Below, piece after piece: positions 1-9,727 of a stretch of DNA of 64,000 bases (within the stretch, counting starts at the first letter, position 1; each line of letters opens with the position of its first letter). Below the pieces are notes generated by a model. The model saw only the letters and a list, made by a program, of their open reading frames with translations. It was not told the origin of the DNA and ran no database searches. This stretch comes from Candidatus Sericytochromatia bacterium (GTDB taxonomy: Bacteria; Cyanobacteriota; Sericytochromatia; S15B-MN24; JAQBPE01), in contig JAYKHR010000174.1 of NCBI GenBank assembly GCA_035285125.1, positions 1-64,000 on the forward strand, given 5' to 3'. The translations under genes were made by a program, and so were the position numbers.

Positions 1-199
1 GGACCTTGCCGATCAGGGCCCCGCCTGCCTCCGCCAGCAGGCGGGCGGGCACGCGCACCACGCCCTGCACCGTCACGAGGGAGGGCCGCGCGGCCGCAGC
101 CGGCGCAGGGTTCGCCACCAGGTTGGCTGTCCTCGGTGGGGCGCTGCAGCCCGCGGCGGTCAGGGCTGCCAGGAAAGCGCAAGCCAGGGTCACACGCAT
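1..199 (-). CDS. Lipoprotein of unknown function, 5' part only (runs off window start)
   Basis: Manual translation from ATG 199: MRVTLACAFLAALTAAGCSAPPRTANL..., with a lipobox (AAGC). Open to position 1. Not in the ORF track. Confidence 0.7.
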   Translation of the reverse strand, partial: MRVTLACAFLAALTAAGCSAPPRTANLVANPAPAAAARPSLVTVQGVVRVPARLLAEAGGALIGKV

Positions 200-574
200 G
201 CCCATATCTTACCGCGTTCCAGGCAACACGGCTGCATCCCCCAAGCGCGCTCCGCCTTCCTGGCCGCCGGGGAGGCCCGCCAGCAGCGGTGTACGGCCCC
301 AACCCTGGCTGGTGGGCCTCTCGGGCGCGGCCGGATCAACGAGGCCTCCTGGGCTGCCACCGCGGCCCGAATGGGCCGTTTTATCCCAACCTTAACGAAC
401 GGGGCGTGGATTCCCAGCGGCACCCCAGCCCCCTGCCAGCGCCGCCAGTTACAACCATCGTGTCAGCCCCGCCGCCTCCTCCTCCCCGGAGCGAGGCCTT
501 CCCACCCGGACCCCAGCGCCGCAGCCGAGGAGGCTGGGCCCCCCCCCGAAACCCGGGGTGAAAGGAACGACCCG

Positions 575-2149
575 ATGACCCGCACCTGCAAGACCCTCGC
601 CCTCCTGCTGCCCTTCACGGCAGTGCTCGGCTGCGGCACGAACCCCACGGCCACCCAGCCCCTGCGGGCCACGCTGGGCCCCGCCACCCGCCCTGCCGCC
701 GTCACGCCCGTTGCCACCGCCACGCCTGGGGCCGCCGCCACGCCGGCACCCTCCGCCGAGGTGGCCTCGGCCCAGCCCTCCCCCAGCCCGCTGGCGACGG
801 TGCTCCCCGAGGGGTCCCCTGCCCCGGCTGCCAGCCACTCCCCCGAGGTGATCGTGAAGCGGGTCCGGGTCGAAGTGGCGGCCCCGCCTGCCCCGCCCGC
901 CACGGTGGTCGACGCCGCGCTGGCCCGCCCGGAGTTCAGCACGCTCGTGACGCTGCTGCGGGCAGCCGGCCTCGACGCCACCTTGCGCGCCGAGGGGCCC
1001 TTCACGGTCTTCGCCCCCACGAATGCGGCCTTCGATCGGCTCGACCCGGCCCTCGTGGCCTCCCTGACCCAGCCCGCCAACCAGGCCCGACTCGCGAAGG
1101 TGCTTCGTTACCACGTGCTGCCAGGCCGGCTCGTGGCCGCCGACATCCGGGCAGGCCAGCTGGCCACGGTGCTCGGTCCCAGCGTGACGCTTGCGGCCAC
1201 GGCCGGCCGCGTCACGGTCAACGCCGCGACCGTCGTGGCGACGGACGTGGGTGCCGGCAACGGGGTGGTCCACGCGATCGACCAGGTGCTGCTGCCTCCG
1301 ACGGTGGTAGACCTCGCCGTCGGGGCGCCTTCCACCTTCTCCACCCTCGTGACGGCCCTGCAGGAGACCAACCTGGTGTCGGCGCTGCAGGAGGGGGGGC
1401 TGTTCACGGTGTTCGCCCCCACCAACGAGGCCTTTGCCGCCCTGGGCGATGCCCTGACGATCCTGCGCAAGCCCTGGAACCGGGACCTCCTCGCCGAGGT
1501 GCTCAAGTTCCACGTCCTCGGGGCCGAGAAGCGCGCCGAGGCCCTGCACACCAGCGTCCTGCCCACCCTGGCCGAGCCGACCCGGCCGACGCTGGCCGTG
1601 GTCCGTGACGGGGCCAACCTGACGGCTGGGGGCCAGGCCGTGGCAACGGCTGACCTGGAGGCCGCCAACGGCGTGGTGCACGTGCTCAGCGGCGTGATGC
1701 TGCCGCCCGGCTTCAGCGTGCCGCCTGCCACGGTGGTCGATGTGGCGGCGGGCAACGCCGACTTCTCGACCCTGGTGCAGCTCGTGACCGCCGCGGGCCT
1801 GGGCGATGCCCTCAAGGCCGATGGTCCCTACACCGTCTTCGCGCCGACCAACGCGGCCTTCGCCAAGCTGCCCCCGGCCCTCGTGACGGCGTTGCTCCGC
1901 CCCGAGAACAAGGCCAAGCTCCAGCAGATCCTCACCTACCACGTCGTGTCGGCCGCCGTGCTGGCCCGGGACCTGCAGGCAGGGGCCGTGACGACGCTGG
2001 AGGGCAGCGCGGTTCAGGTGGCCCTGCCGACGACGGGCCCGACGCTCAACGCCGATGTGCGGGTGGTCGCGACCGACGTGCGGGCTGGTAACGGCGTGGT
2101 GCACGTGATCGACTCCGTGCTGGTCCCCCCCACGTTCGTGGCGCCCTGA
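575..2149 (+). CDS. Fasciclin (FAS1) domain lipoprotein with three FAS1 repeats
   Basis: AAAGGA RBS before ATG 575. Lipobox VLGC. Three repeats containing FSTLV..., TVFAPTNxAF (H1) and NGVVHxIDxVL (H2). Confidence 0.93.
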   Translation: MTRTCKTLALLLPFTAVLGCGTNPTATQPLRATLGPATRPAAVTPVATATPGAAATPAPSAEVASAQPSPSPLATVLPEGSPAPAASHSPEVIVKRVRVEVAAPPAPPATVVDAALARPEFSTLVTLLRAAGLDATLRAEGPFTVFAPTNAAFDRLDPALVASLTQPANQARLAKVLRYHVLPGRLVAADIRAGQLATVLGPSVTLAATAGRVTVNAATVVATDVGAGNGVVHAIDQVLLPPTVVDLAVGAPSTFSTLVTALQETNLVSALQEGGLFTVFAPTNEAFAALGDALTILRKPWNRDLLAEVLKFHVLGAEKRAEALHTSVLPTLAEPTRPTLAVVRDGANLTAGGQAVATADLEAANGVVHVLSGVMLPPGFSVPPATVVDVAAGNADFSTLVQLVTAAGLGDALKADGPYTVFAPTNAAFAKLPPALVTALLRPENKAKLQQILTYHVVSAAVLARDLQAGAVTTLEGSAVQVALPTTGPTLNADVRVVATDVRAGNGVVHVIDSVLVPPTFVAP

Positions 2150-2173
2150 GTCTCTCCGGCTCGGTCCCTGACC

Positions 2174-2206
2174 AAAAGGGCCGCCTCACGCAAGTGAGGC
2201 GGCCCT
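2174..2206 (-). terminator. Intrinsic terminator hairpin between convergent genes
   Basis: 13-bp perfect stem AGGGCCGCCTCAC-GCAA-GTGAGGCGGCCCT. AAAA on the left gives a U-tract on the minus strand. Confidence 0.8.
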
Positions 2207-2227
2207 GAGCTTGATGGGTGGCGGGCT

Positions 2228-2806
2228 TCAGAGCCCGCCCATCAGGGCCAGCAGGCCCACGGCCAGGGGCCACTCCTCGCCCTGCTGGTACCAGAAGCCC
2301 GACATCCACACGGCGTGTGGCCCCATCTGGCCGGAGATGCCGTTGGGGAGCACGGAGAGGGACAGGCGATCATCGCCGACGCGGCCCGTGAGCCAGCCGC
2401 CCTGCGCGAAGCTGGCGCGCACGGCCCGTCCGCCGACCCGACCGTCGATCATCGCGCCGAAGATCGACATCGAGACCGAGGCCGTGGGGCGGCCGTCGCG
2501 GCGCAGCGAGCCGTTGAAGGCGCTGCCCCAGAGGCTGCCGCTGAACCGGGCGCCGTCCATCTCGGCCTCCACGGCGCCGGCATAGGGCACCCAGACGCGC
2601 GCCGCGCGGGTGCCGATGCGACCGCTCCAGGTGCCGAGGGCCTTGACGTCGTCGCCGCCCGCCTTCTCTGCCTTCGCCGGCGCGATGCGCGTCGCAGCCT
2701 GAGGGCCAGTCGTCGGACGCGTCACGGCAGACAGGGATGCAGAGCCGCAGCCGGCCAGGGCCAGGGCCACGGGGAGGATCAACGAGGAGCGCAAGATACG
2801 GGACAC
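2228..2806 (-). CDS. Hypothetical lipoprotein, Gly-rich beta-strand repeats
   Basis: GGAGG RBS before GTG 2806. MSRILRSSLILPVALALAGC lipobox. Repeated xxGxVG/IG units. Confidence 0.75.
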   Translation of the reverse strand: MSRILRSSLILPVALALAGCGSASLSAVTRPTTGPQAATRIAPAKAEKAGGDDVKALGTWSGRIGTRAARVWVPYAGAVEAEMDGARFSGSLWGSAFNGSLRRDGRPTASVSMSIFGAMIDGRVGGRAVRASFAQGGWLTGRVGDDRLSLSVLPNGISGQMGPHAVWMSGFWYQQGEEWPLAVGLLALMGGL

Positions 2807-2916
2807 GGGGCGGGGGCCTCCATACACGGCACACGGATAACTTAAGACAAGGTTATCATTTTCTTGTCATGTGGGCAAGGAGGCCCGGGCCGTGTGGGTC
2901 GCGAGGTGCCGCCGCG

Positions 2917-4161
2917 TCAGGGGTGGGCGTTGGTGGGCGTGGCCGCCGGCCCGACGCGCACATCCCCCCGGCGGCACCCTGGCTTTGCCATCACCACCTG
3001 GACGACCCCGGTGCAGCGTTCCGAGAAGCCCGCCTCGCAGTAAGCCAGGTAGTACTCCCAGAGGCGGATGAAGCGCTCGTCGTAGCGGCCGAGGGCCCTC
3101 ACGGCGTCGAGGCGGCCCAGGAAGGTCTCTCGCCAGCGCTGCAGCGTCATCGCGTAGTGGGGGGCCATGTCCTCGACGTGAAGGAAGGAAAGGTCCGTCG
3201 CCCGACCGACGGCCTGGGCCATCGTGCCGATCGAGGCCAGGGCCGCGCCCGGGAACACGTAGGCCTGGATGTAGTCCGTGCTCTGGAGGTAAGCGGGCAT
3301 GCGGCGCTCTGGCATGACGATGCCCTGGATGAGCGCCTGGCCGTGGGGCGCGAGCAGCCGGCTGCAAGTCCCGAAGTAGGTGTCGAGGTGCTCGGCGCCG
3401 ACGGCCTCGATCATCTCGATGGAGACCAGCTTGTCGTAGGTCCCCGTGAGGGTGCGGTAGTCTTGCTGCAGCAGGGTCACGCGATCCGCCAACCCGGCCT
3501 CCTCGATGCGGCGCGCCGCCACCGCGTGCTGCTCGGCGGAGATGGTGGTCGTGGTGACGTGGCACCCGTACCGGCTGGCCGCGTGCAGCGCGAAGCTGCC
3601 CCAGCCCGTGCCGATCTCGACGACACGGTCACTTGGGGTGAGTTCCAGCTTGCGGCACACGCGATCCAGCTTGGCGCGCGAGGCCTCCTCGAGCGACACC
3701 TGGGGCGAGTCGAACCAGGCGCACGAGTAGGTCATTGTCGGGTCGAGGAAGAGCTCGAACAGATCGTTGCCGAGGTCGTAGTGGGCCCGGATGTTGCGGC
3801 GGCTGCCGGCCTGGGTGTTGGCCCGCAGGCGGTGCGCCAGCCGGGCCGGGGCGTTGAGCAGCCGCGAGGGAAGCGACTCCATCTCATCCGCCACGTCGAG
3901 GTTGGCCGCAAAGATGCGCAGCACGGTGGTGAGGTCGTCCGCCACCCACTCCCCGCGCAGGTAGCCCTCGGCGGCCCCGAGGGAGCCGCCGAGAACCATC
4001 CGCTGCCAGGCCTTCGGGTCCGTGACCGTCAGGGTGGCCCGCAGGTCCTCGCGCCCGTGGCCGCCGAAGGACTCGCTGAGGCCGCCCTCACGAACGGTGA
4101 GGGAGCCCAGCCTCAGCGAGCGCAGGCCCTGCAGCACCAGGTGGCGGAACAGCTTGGTCAT
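2917..4161 (-). CDS. cfa: Cyclopropane-fatty-acyl-phospholipid synthase family SAM methyltransferase (Cfa/UfaM/UfaA1-like)
   Basis: Motifs [64 protein letters not shown] overlap with the upstream gene. Confidence 0.93.
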   Translation of the reverse strand: MTKLFRHLVLQGLRSLRLGSLTVREGGLSESFGGHGREDLRATLTVTDPKAWQRMVLGGSLGAAEGYLRGEWVADDLTTVLRIFAANLDVADEMESLPSRLLNAPARLAHRLRANTQAGSRRNIRAHYDLGNDLFELFLDPTMTYSCAWFDSPQVSLEEASRAKLDRVCRKLELTPSDRVVEIGTGWGSFALHAASRYGCHVTTTTISAEQHAVAARRIEEAGLADRVTLLQQDYRTLTGTYDKLVSIEMIEAVGAEHLDTYFGTCSRLLAPHGQALIQGIVMPERRMPAYLQSTDYIQAYVFPGAALASIGTMAQAVGRATDLSFLHVEDMAPHYAMTLQRWRETFLGRLDAVRALGRYDERFIRLWEYYLAYCEAGFSERCTGVVQVVMAKPGCRRGDVRVGPAATPTNAHP

Positions 4162-4943
4162 CGTGCCTCCGGAGGAGCGGATGCGGGGGCGCCGGCGGCG
4201 GCCGCCAGCGTCCGGGGGTGGGGGTGGAAGGGGGTGCGCTTGCGCCACAGGCGGAGGGCTTCCCAGTAGATGCCGGCGATCACCTGGAGGGTCATCGCCG
4301 GGTAGCGCCAGAGCACGCCCCGCAGGGACGAGGGGCTGATGGCCCGGCGCGACAGGTGCAGCGTCGCGTCGAAGACGCGCGCGCCATCGTGGAAGTTCGT
4401 CATCCGGACGGACAGGCGGCGGCCCGGCAGTGGGAAGCGCCAGTCGTAGGTGATGTCCATCGGCATGAACGGGGAGACGTGAAACTGCTTCGCCCCCTCG
4501 AGCCGCACCGTCGCCTCGCCGTCGGCGGGAATCACGTACTGGTGACGCTCCCCCCACGGCGTGTTGCTCACGTCGCAGACGACGGCCTCACAGCGCGTGC
4601 CGGCCTCGTTGAAGCAGTACAGGAAGCTGACGGGGTTGAACACGTAGCCCAGGTACCGGAGGTGGGTGAGCACCCGGATGGGCCCGGCAGGGGCCCGCCC
4701 GGTGTGGGCGGCCACGAGGCTGCGCACCGCCGCGTCGAGCGGCACGGCGGGGTCTCCGAGGTGGTCTTGGCGCCGGAACCAGGCCAGAGCCGGGCCCCGC
4801 GCCGACCAGAGCCAGCTGCCGGCGAACACGGTCTCGAGCTCGGCAAGGTCCACGTACACCATGAACAGCCGGCGGCGGAACCGGTGTGGCCGGGGGTGGT
4901 GGCGGTGGTGCCACACGTGGCCCTCGTACAGGCAGCTCTCCAT
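4158..4943 (-). CDS. DUF1365 family protein (UfaO-like)
   Basis: Motifs [57 protein letters not shown]. Start ATG overlaps the upstream stop (TGATG). Confidence 0.92.
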   Translation of the reverse strand: MESCLYEGHVWHHRHHPRPHRFRRRLFMVYVDLAELETVFAGSWLWSARGPALAWFRRQDHLGDPAVPLDAAVRSLVAAHTGRAPAGPIRVLTHLRYLGYVFNPVSFLYCFNEAGTRCEAVVCDVSNTPWGERHQYVIPADGEATVRLEGAKQFHVSPFMPMDITYDWRFPLPGRRLSVRMTNFHDGARVFDATLHLSRRAISPSSLRGVLWRYPAMTLQVIAGIYWEALRLWRKRTPFHPHPRTLAAAAGAPASAPPEAR

Positions 4944-6190
4944 CAGCCGAGCGCCTCGCCGTGGGCCCGGGCGACGGCGAGCGCGCTGTTGACCCCGTCC
5001 TCGTGGAAGCCGTAGCCCCAGTAGGCGCCGCAGAAGGACGTCTTGCGCGCCCGGATGAGCTCGGCGTGACGGTGCCGGGCCTGCTCCCGGCCCGCCGTGA
5101 AGATCGGGTGGTGGTAGGTGAGTCGCCTCAGCACCGTGCCCTCCGCCGGCTCCCGGGTGGGGTTCAGCGTGACGCAAAAGGTGTGGGCCGACGTCAGGCG
5201 CTGCAAGATGTTCATGTTGTAGGACAGCGTCACCACCTCCCGCGGGTCGCGCGGGATGCTGTAGTTCCAGGCGGCCCAGGCCTTGCGGGTGCGCGGCAGC
5301 AGGGAGGCGTCCGTGTGCAGGATGGCCTCGTTGCGTTGGTAGGGAAAGGCCGCGAGCACCTCGCGCTCCACGTCGGAGGGGTCCTCCAGCATCGCGAGGG
5401 CCTGGTCCGCGTGGCAGGCGAGCACGACCTCGTCGTGGCGCTCCTCGCCGGCGGACGTTCGCACCGTCACGCCGTCCGCGTCGCGCCTGATGCCGAGCAC
5501 CGGGGTGCGCAGCCGGATGCTTTCCCGGAACGTGGCCGTCAGCGCCTCGACGTAGCGGGCGCTGCCGCCGCGGACGACGCGCCACACCGGGCGCCCGTGC
5601 ACCTGCAGCATCCCGTGGTTGGCGAAGAAGTCCATCACGAAGCGGATGGGGAAGGCCTCGAAGGTGTGCGGCGGGCACGACCAGATGGAGGCCCCCATCG
5701 GCAGCAGGTAGTGCGACACGAAGCGCCGGCCATACCGGTGGGCGGCGACGAACTCGGCCACGGTGGCCTCCGGCATCTTCGCTGCCTGGGTCACGCCCTC
5801 GCGGTTGAAGCGCAGGATGTCCGCAATCATGCCCAGGAAGCCTGGGCTGAAGGCGTTGCGGCGCTGGGCGAACAGGGTGTCGAGGCTCGTCCCGTTGTAC
5901 TCCAGTCCGGTGCGCTCGCAGCGGACGCTGAAGCTCATCTCCGTCTCCAGTGACGCGACGCCGAGCTGGTCGAGCAGCCGCACGAAGTTGGGGTAGGTGC
6001 GGTGGTTGAAGACGATGAAGCCCGTGTCGATGGCCTGCCGCTCGCCCCTCACCACGAGGTCGTGGGTGTGGGTGTGGCCACCGATGTGGTCGCCCGCCTC
6101 GTACACCACGACGTCACGTCGCCGGCTTAGCAACGATGCCGTCACGAGGCCAGAGATGCCGCTTCCGACGATGGCGATGCGCTGCGTCAT
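4943..6190 (-). CDS. FAD-dependent oxidoreductase, COG2907 type (UfaD-like)
   Basis: Rossmann motif [42 protein letters not shown]. Confidence 0.92.
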   Translation of the reverse strand: MTQRIAIVGSGISGLVTASLLSRRRDVVVYEAGDHIGGHTHTHDLVVRGERQAIDTGFIVFNHRTYPNFVRLLDQLGVASLETEMSFSVRCERTGLEYNGTSLDTLFAQRRNAFSPGFLGMIADILRFNREGVTQAAKMPEATVAEFVAAHRYGRRFVSHYLLPMGASIWSCPPHTFEAFPIRFVMDFFANHGMLQVHGRPVWRVVRGGSARYVEALTATFRESIRLRTPVLGIRRDADGVTVRTSAGEERHDEVVLACHADQALAMLEDPSDVEREVLAAFPYQRNEAILHTDASLLPRTRKAWAAWNYSIPRDPREVVTLSYNMNILQRLTSAHTFCVTLNPTREPAEGTVLRRLTYHHPIFTAGREQARHRHAELIRARKTSFCGAYWGYGFHEDGVNSALAVARAHGEALG

Positions 6191-6195
6191 CCCCC

Positions 6196-6225
6196 ATCGT
6201 GGATCGCCCGTCAGGCCTCTGTCAA
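6196..6225 (-). promoter_or_regulatory. Putative sigma70 promoter, possibly giving a leaderless mRNA for the oxidoreductase/DUF1365/cfa operon
   Basis: TTGACA-N18-CACGAT ending 5 nt before ATG 6190. No SD sequence between them. Confidence 0.5.
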
Positions 6226-6278
6226 ACCACCGCGTGCGGGGGGGTGGGCCCCGACGGGTATGCTGATGCCGGAGGTCC

Positions 6279-6692
6279 GTGATGGTCCCTGCTTGCCCTT
6301 GGCTGGACGTGGTCGGTGCCGTCCTCGTGGACGAAGCCGGGGCCGTGTTGTGTGCGTTGCGCGGGCCGGAGATGGCCCTGTCAGGTCACTGGGAGTTCCC
6401 TGGCGGCAAGGTCGGCCCCGGCGAGACACCTGAAGCCGCGCTCGTGCGCGAAATCCACGAAGAGCTCGGCTGCACCATCGTCGTCGGCGGCCTGCTGGTC
6501 GATCACGTACACCCGATGCCGGGCCGGACGATCCGGCTTCGGACCTACGCGTCCCGCCTGGTCGGGGGCACGCCGACGGCCTCCGAGCACGCCGCGCTGG
6601 CCTGGCTGGCCGTGGCCGAGCTCCCCACGCTGACGTGGGCGCCGGCGGACCTGCCCACCGTGGCCCACCTCCTCGGCCCCACCCCCGCCTGA
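6279..6692 (+). CDS. mutT: NUDIX hydrolase, MutT/NudG family
   Basis: Nudix box WEFPGGKVGPGETPEAALVREIHEELG. C-terminal WAPADLP. GGAGG RBS. Confidence 0.85.
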   Translation: MMVPACPWLDVVGAVLVDEAGAVLCALRGPEMALSGHWEFPGGKVGPGETPEAALVREIHEELGCTIVVGGLLVDHVHPMPGRTIRLRTYASRLVGGTPTASEHAALAWLAVAELPTLTWAPADLPTVAHLLGPTPA

Positions 6693-6705
6693 CCGGCGGC
6701 GCGTC

Positions 6706-7581
6706 TCACCACCCCGGCGGGAAGTCCTGCCGCTGCTTGAGCTGGGCGAGCATCCCCGAGACGCGGTGCGCCTGGGCGAAGCGCAGCTGCCGCCGGAGGC
6801 CTTCGCCGTAGACGGGATCGGGGTTGGCCATCATCCGTCGCTTCAGGTGGGTGGCCTCGCGCGTGCCGACACGCTGCAGGTAGTAGTAGGCCGCGAGGTC
6901 ACAAGCTCCTTCTCGGAAGGCCGCCGCCTGCTGCATCGGGCAGCCGTTCAGCGCCATCCAGGCGTGTGTCAGTTCGTGGGCCAGCGTGCGCTCGAACTGC
7001 AAGGTCGGCAGGCCCCGCAGCATGGCAATCTCCAGCTTCGAGACCTTGGGCTTTCCCCACGGCAGCTTCCTGCTGTACTCCGTGTTGCAGACGCCCGAGA
7101 GCTCGCCCCCTCGCTGCTCTGGCATCAGCCGCTTCAGCGCCGGGCCGCTGCAGAGGCGCACGGGGATGGGGCCCCAGGGAAACTGCATGCCCCAGCCCGT
7201 CATGGTGGCGCGGACGCGAGCCAGCGCCGCCTCGGCTGCGGCGACGTCCACCACGGCGTCGGCGGCGCACTGCGGGCACACGATCCGGCCCTCGGCGTTG
7301 CGCAGGGGCTGTCCGAAGGGGCTGTTGCCGGCCAGGGGGTGCTCGCAGTGCACGCACACCTCGGGTTGCGGATCGTCGGCGTGAAACATCCACGTCTGCT
7401 CGTCGAGCTTGATGGTGCGCCACTGGCCGAACCACGGGATCGGGCGGGGGCACACCACGCAGGGGCCCCGCGTGCGCTCGGCGTACGCGGGTGCAGGGGG
7501 CAGCAGCCCGCCCAGGCAGGTCGCGGCTAGAGCCAGCAGCCGTAGGATGGGCAGCTTGAACCAGGGGGTCGCCCGAGGCAT
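6706..7581 (-). CDS. Secreted DA1-like zinc metallopeptidase with N-terminal LIM-like Cys/His cluster
   Basis: Signal peptide (..PAYA). CxxC...H...CxxC...CxxC. IAMLRGLP...LAHELTHAWM (HExxH), EGAC, DPVYGEG. Confidence 0.8.
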   Translation of the reverse strand: MPRATPWFKLPILRLLALAATCLGGLLPPAPAYAERTRGPCVVCPRPIPWFGQWRTIKLDEQTWMFHADDPQPEVCVHCEHPLAGNSPFGQPLRNAEGRIVCPQCAADAVVDVAAAEAALARVRATMTGWGMQFPWGPIPVRLCSGPALKRLMPEQRGGELSGVCNTEYSRKLPWGKPKVSKLEIAMLRGLPTLQFERTLAHELTHAWMALNGCPMQQAAAFREGACDLAAYYYLQRVGTREATHLKRRMMANPDPVYGEGLRRQLRFAQAHRVSGMLAQLKQRQDFPPGW

Positions 7582-7588
7582 CCGGTGA

Positions 7589-8338
7589 TCAGCCCTCCCC
7601 TTCGGGCGCCGAGTCCAGGCGGGTGAGCGCCTCTCCGTCCACTACGATGGCGTGCTCCAGCCTGTTGCACAGGCTCTCCATGCGGGCGATGGCGGCGGCC
7701 AGGAGCCGCAGCGTGCCCGGGGTGGCGCCGTCGGCGGTCGCCTTGTGGAGCGCCGTGCGGAGATCGCCCAGCGTCAGGGCTGCCCGCACCAGTCGCACCG
7801 CGTTGCGCTGCAGGTGATCGACCAGCGAGTTGCGCTTCGCCAGGATGTTGGCGCCTGAGGGGGCCTGCTTGCGGGGAGCTTTCCTGGGCGCGCTTCCCGC
7901 TGGCGATGGCGGTACAGGTACTGTCGGCACCACGCCCCGCGAAACGTCGAGCCGGAGGAGCCCCGTGACGGCCTCCAAGCCTGGCAGGGGCGTGGTGTCC
8001 GCTGCCGCCGCAGCAACCAGCGAGGCCGCGTCGAAAGGCAGTGGCGTCCCTCGTTGCGATGCTTGGGCTAGCAGTGAGGTCACCGCCGGCGGCAGCTCCG
8101 GCAGCGCGCCGGCTGCGGCCGGCCCGAACACAAGCTGGTCGAGGTCGACTGCGACCTCTGGGGACTCCAGCACGACGCGCGGCACGATGCCCTCGTCGCC
8201 CGGTAGGGCCGGCGCCGCTTCGGGTGGGCTGGAGAGCGGCGGCGCGGCTGTTGGCCCCGGGAGCGGGCCTTGCTCACCGGCGAGGGGCGGGCGGACGGAA
8301 GTGGGGCTGGTCAGGGGTCCGGTCGGTGGCGTAATCAT
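7589..8338 (-). CDS. Hypothetical protein, Pro-rich N-terminus and helical C-terminus
   Basis: GAGGAGG RBS before ATG 8338. Fills the space between neighbouring genes. Confidence 0.6.
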   Translation of the reverse strand: MITPPTGPLTSPTSVRPPLAGEQGPLPGPTAAPPLSSPPEAAPALPGDEGIVPRVVLESPEVAVDLDQLVFGPAAAGALPELPPAVTSLLAQASQRGTPLPFDAASLVAAAAADTTPLPGLEAVTGLLRLDVSRGVVPTVPVPPSPAGSAPRKAPRKQAPSGANILAKRNSLVDHLQRNAVRLVRAALTLGDLRTALHKATADGATPGTLRLLAAAIARMESLCNRLEHAIVVDGEALTRLDSAPEGEG

Positions 8339-8534
8339 GCGGCGCGCCTCCTCAGACGCACTGCGATCATCCCCGGGGGGCGCCGCGACCTTGCAGCACG
8401 TAACACAATCCAAACATCGGCTTAATGAACGGGGCCGCGGGGCGTGCCGCTCCGGCGTTTGCGTCGGACCAGACCCGGGTACGGAGCCCTGGGGAGCCTG
8501 GCGCGAGGCCGCCTGCCAGCCCCAGGAGGACCGG

Positions 8535-8960
8535 ATGTTCAACCCCGCAGAGGTGCTCAGTTCGCCGATGTTCAGGGCTTGCCGCGACAAGGCCGAGGCG
8601 CTGATCGGCGATCGCCAGCAGGTGGCGGGGCTGGTCGCCAACGCCACGGCCAAGCTCGACAGGATGGAGGCCAGCCGGGGGCCCGTCGGCGAGGCCGTGC
8701 GCGCCGGCCGCGTGGGGGTGCGGATGCTCCAGGCCACCCTCGAGGGCCGCTACGACAAGGTCCCCGTCAAGAGCCTGGCGGCCATCGCCGGGGCGATGCT
8801 GTACTTCATGCAGGGGGACGACCTCATCGACGACGACACCCCGATCATCGGCTACCTGGACGATGCCGTCGTCATCGCGATGGCCCTCAAGGTCGTGCAG
8901 GGCGATCTCGACGCTTTTTTGGCTTGGGAGCAGGGCGCCGCGGCGGCCTCTCAGGCCTGA
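8535..8960 (+). CDS. YkvA/DUF1232 family protein
   Basis: AGGAGG RBS. Motif YFMQGDDLIDDDTPIIGYLDDAVVI. Confidence 0.88.
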   Translation: MFNPAEVLSSPMFRACRDKAEALIGDRQQVAGLVANATAKLDRMEASRGPVGEAVRAGRVGVRMLQATLEGRYDKVPVKSLAAIAGAMLYFMQGDDLIDDDTPIIGYLDDAVVIAMALKVVQGDLDAFLAWEQGAAAASQA

Positions 8961-9082
8961 CGCCCAGCGATCTCGCTGCCGAGACTTTGGGTTCCAGACG
9001 TCAGTAAGGGCCTGGCAGGCCCGACAACCATTCCCAGGGCCAAGGCCAGAACGCGCGCCGGCCCCAAGACGAGGACCTCCCG

Positions 9083-9727
9083 ATGCCCGACCCGATTCGC
9101 CCGCAAGACTCCCTCAATCGCCCCCAGCCGAAGCCTGCGACGCAGCCCGCTGAGCGCGCCAAGCCGCTTGCGCCGGCGGTCTTCAAGGATGACACCTTCT
9201 TCCGCAGCGCCCCCACCCCCGAGCAGGTGGCGGGGATGCAGCAGGCTGTCGCCGCGCTGGATGCGCTGCCGCCGGCGCCCGAGGGCGTGCTGGCGCAGCG
9301 GGCGTGGCTGGCGCGGATCGCCGACACGCGGAAGGCCGCAGAACTCGCCGCCACCGGGCTGGGCAACGCCGCCTTCTTCCACAATGCCGCCCCACAGGCT
9401 GCGGCCGACGCTGCCTCGGCGAAGTTCAACGCCTTCGAAAAGCAGGTCCGCGACGTGGAGGAACTCGCGGGACTGCGCAAGCCGCTTCCGCCGAGCGACC
9501 CGAACCGGCCCAAGGGCCAGGCCACCAAGGTGGCCGGCCAGCTGCTCGAACACCCGCTGGGCGCCATCCTGGGGGTCGCCATGGCGCCCGTGGCTCTCCT
9601 CTTCGACGGGGCCGACGCGCTCTCTCGGCCGAGTGAGCGCGCCAGCTACCCGGCCAGGCTCAAGGCCTACGAGGTCCGCCTGGCTGCCTACGAGAAGGCG
9701 CGTCGGGACTTCCCGATCGCGCCGTGA
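9083..9727 (+). CDS. Hypothetical protein
   Basis: GAGGA RBS. GC3-biased codons. One hydrophobic segment near the C-terminus. 3' end overlaps the convergent helicase gene. Confidence 0.7.
   Translation: MPDPIRPQDSLNRPQPKPATQPAERAKPLAPAVFKDDTFFRSAPTPEQVAGMQQAVAALDALPPAPEGVLAQRAWLARIADTRKAAELAATGLGNAAFFHNAAPQAAADAASAKFNAFEKQVRDVEELAGLRKPLPPSDPNRPKGQATKVAGQLLEHPLGAILGVAMAPVALLFDGADALSRPSERASYPARLKAYEVRLAAYEKARRDFPIAP

Noticed and set aside
400..574. SigK- or sigmaE-type ECF promoter upstream of the fasciclin gene
   Set aside because: No convincing CCATCC-N15-CCGAA or TGATCC-type motif at the right spacing.
371..574. N-terminal extensions in the ORF track (also at 4557, 5678, 7830, 8737, 14274, 15715, 36009)
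   Set aside because: Downstream starts have SD sequences, signal peptides or coupling overlaps. The extensions overlap other genes or regulatory DNA.
9001..9030. Sigma28-like TCAG-N15-CCCGACAA upstream of 9083
   Set aside because: A single weak match. I could not find the same spacing upstream of the other orphan genes.
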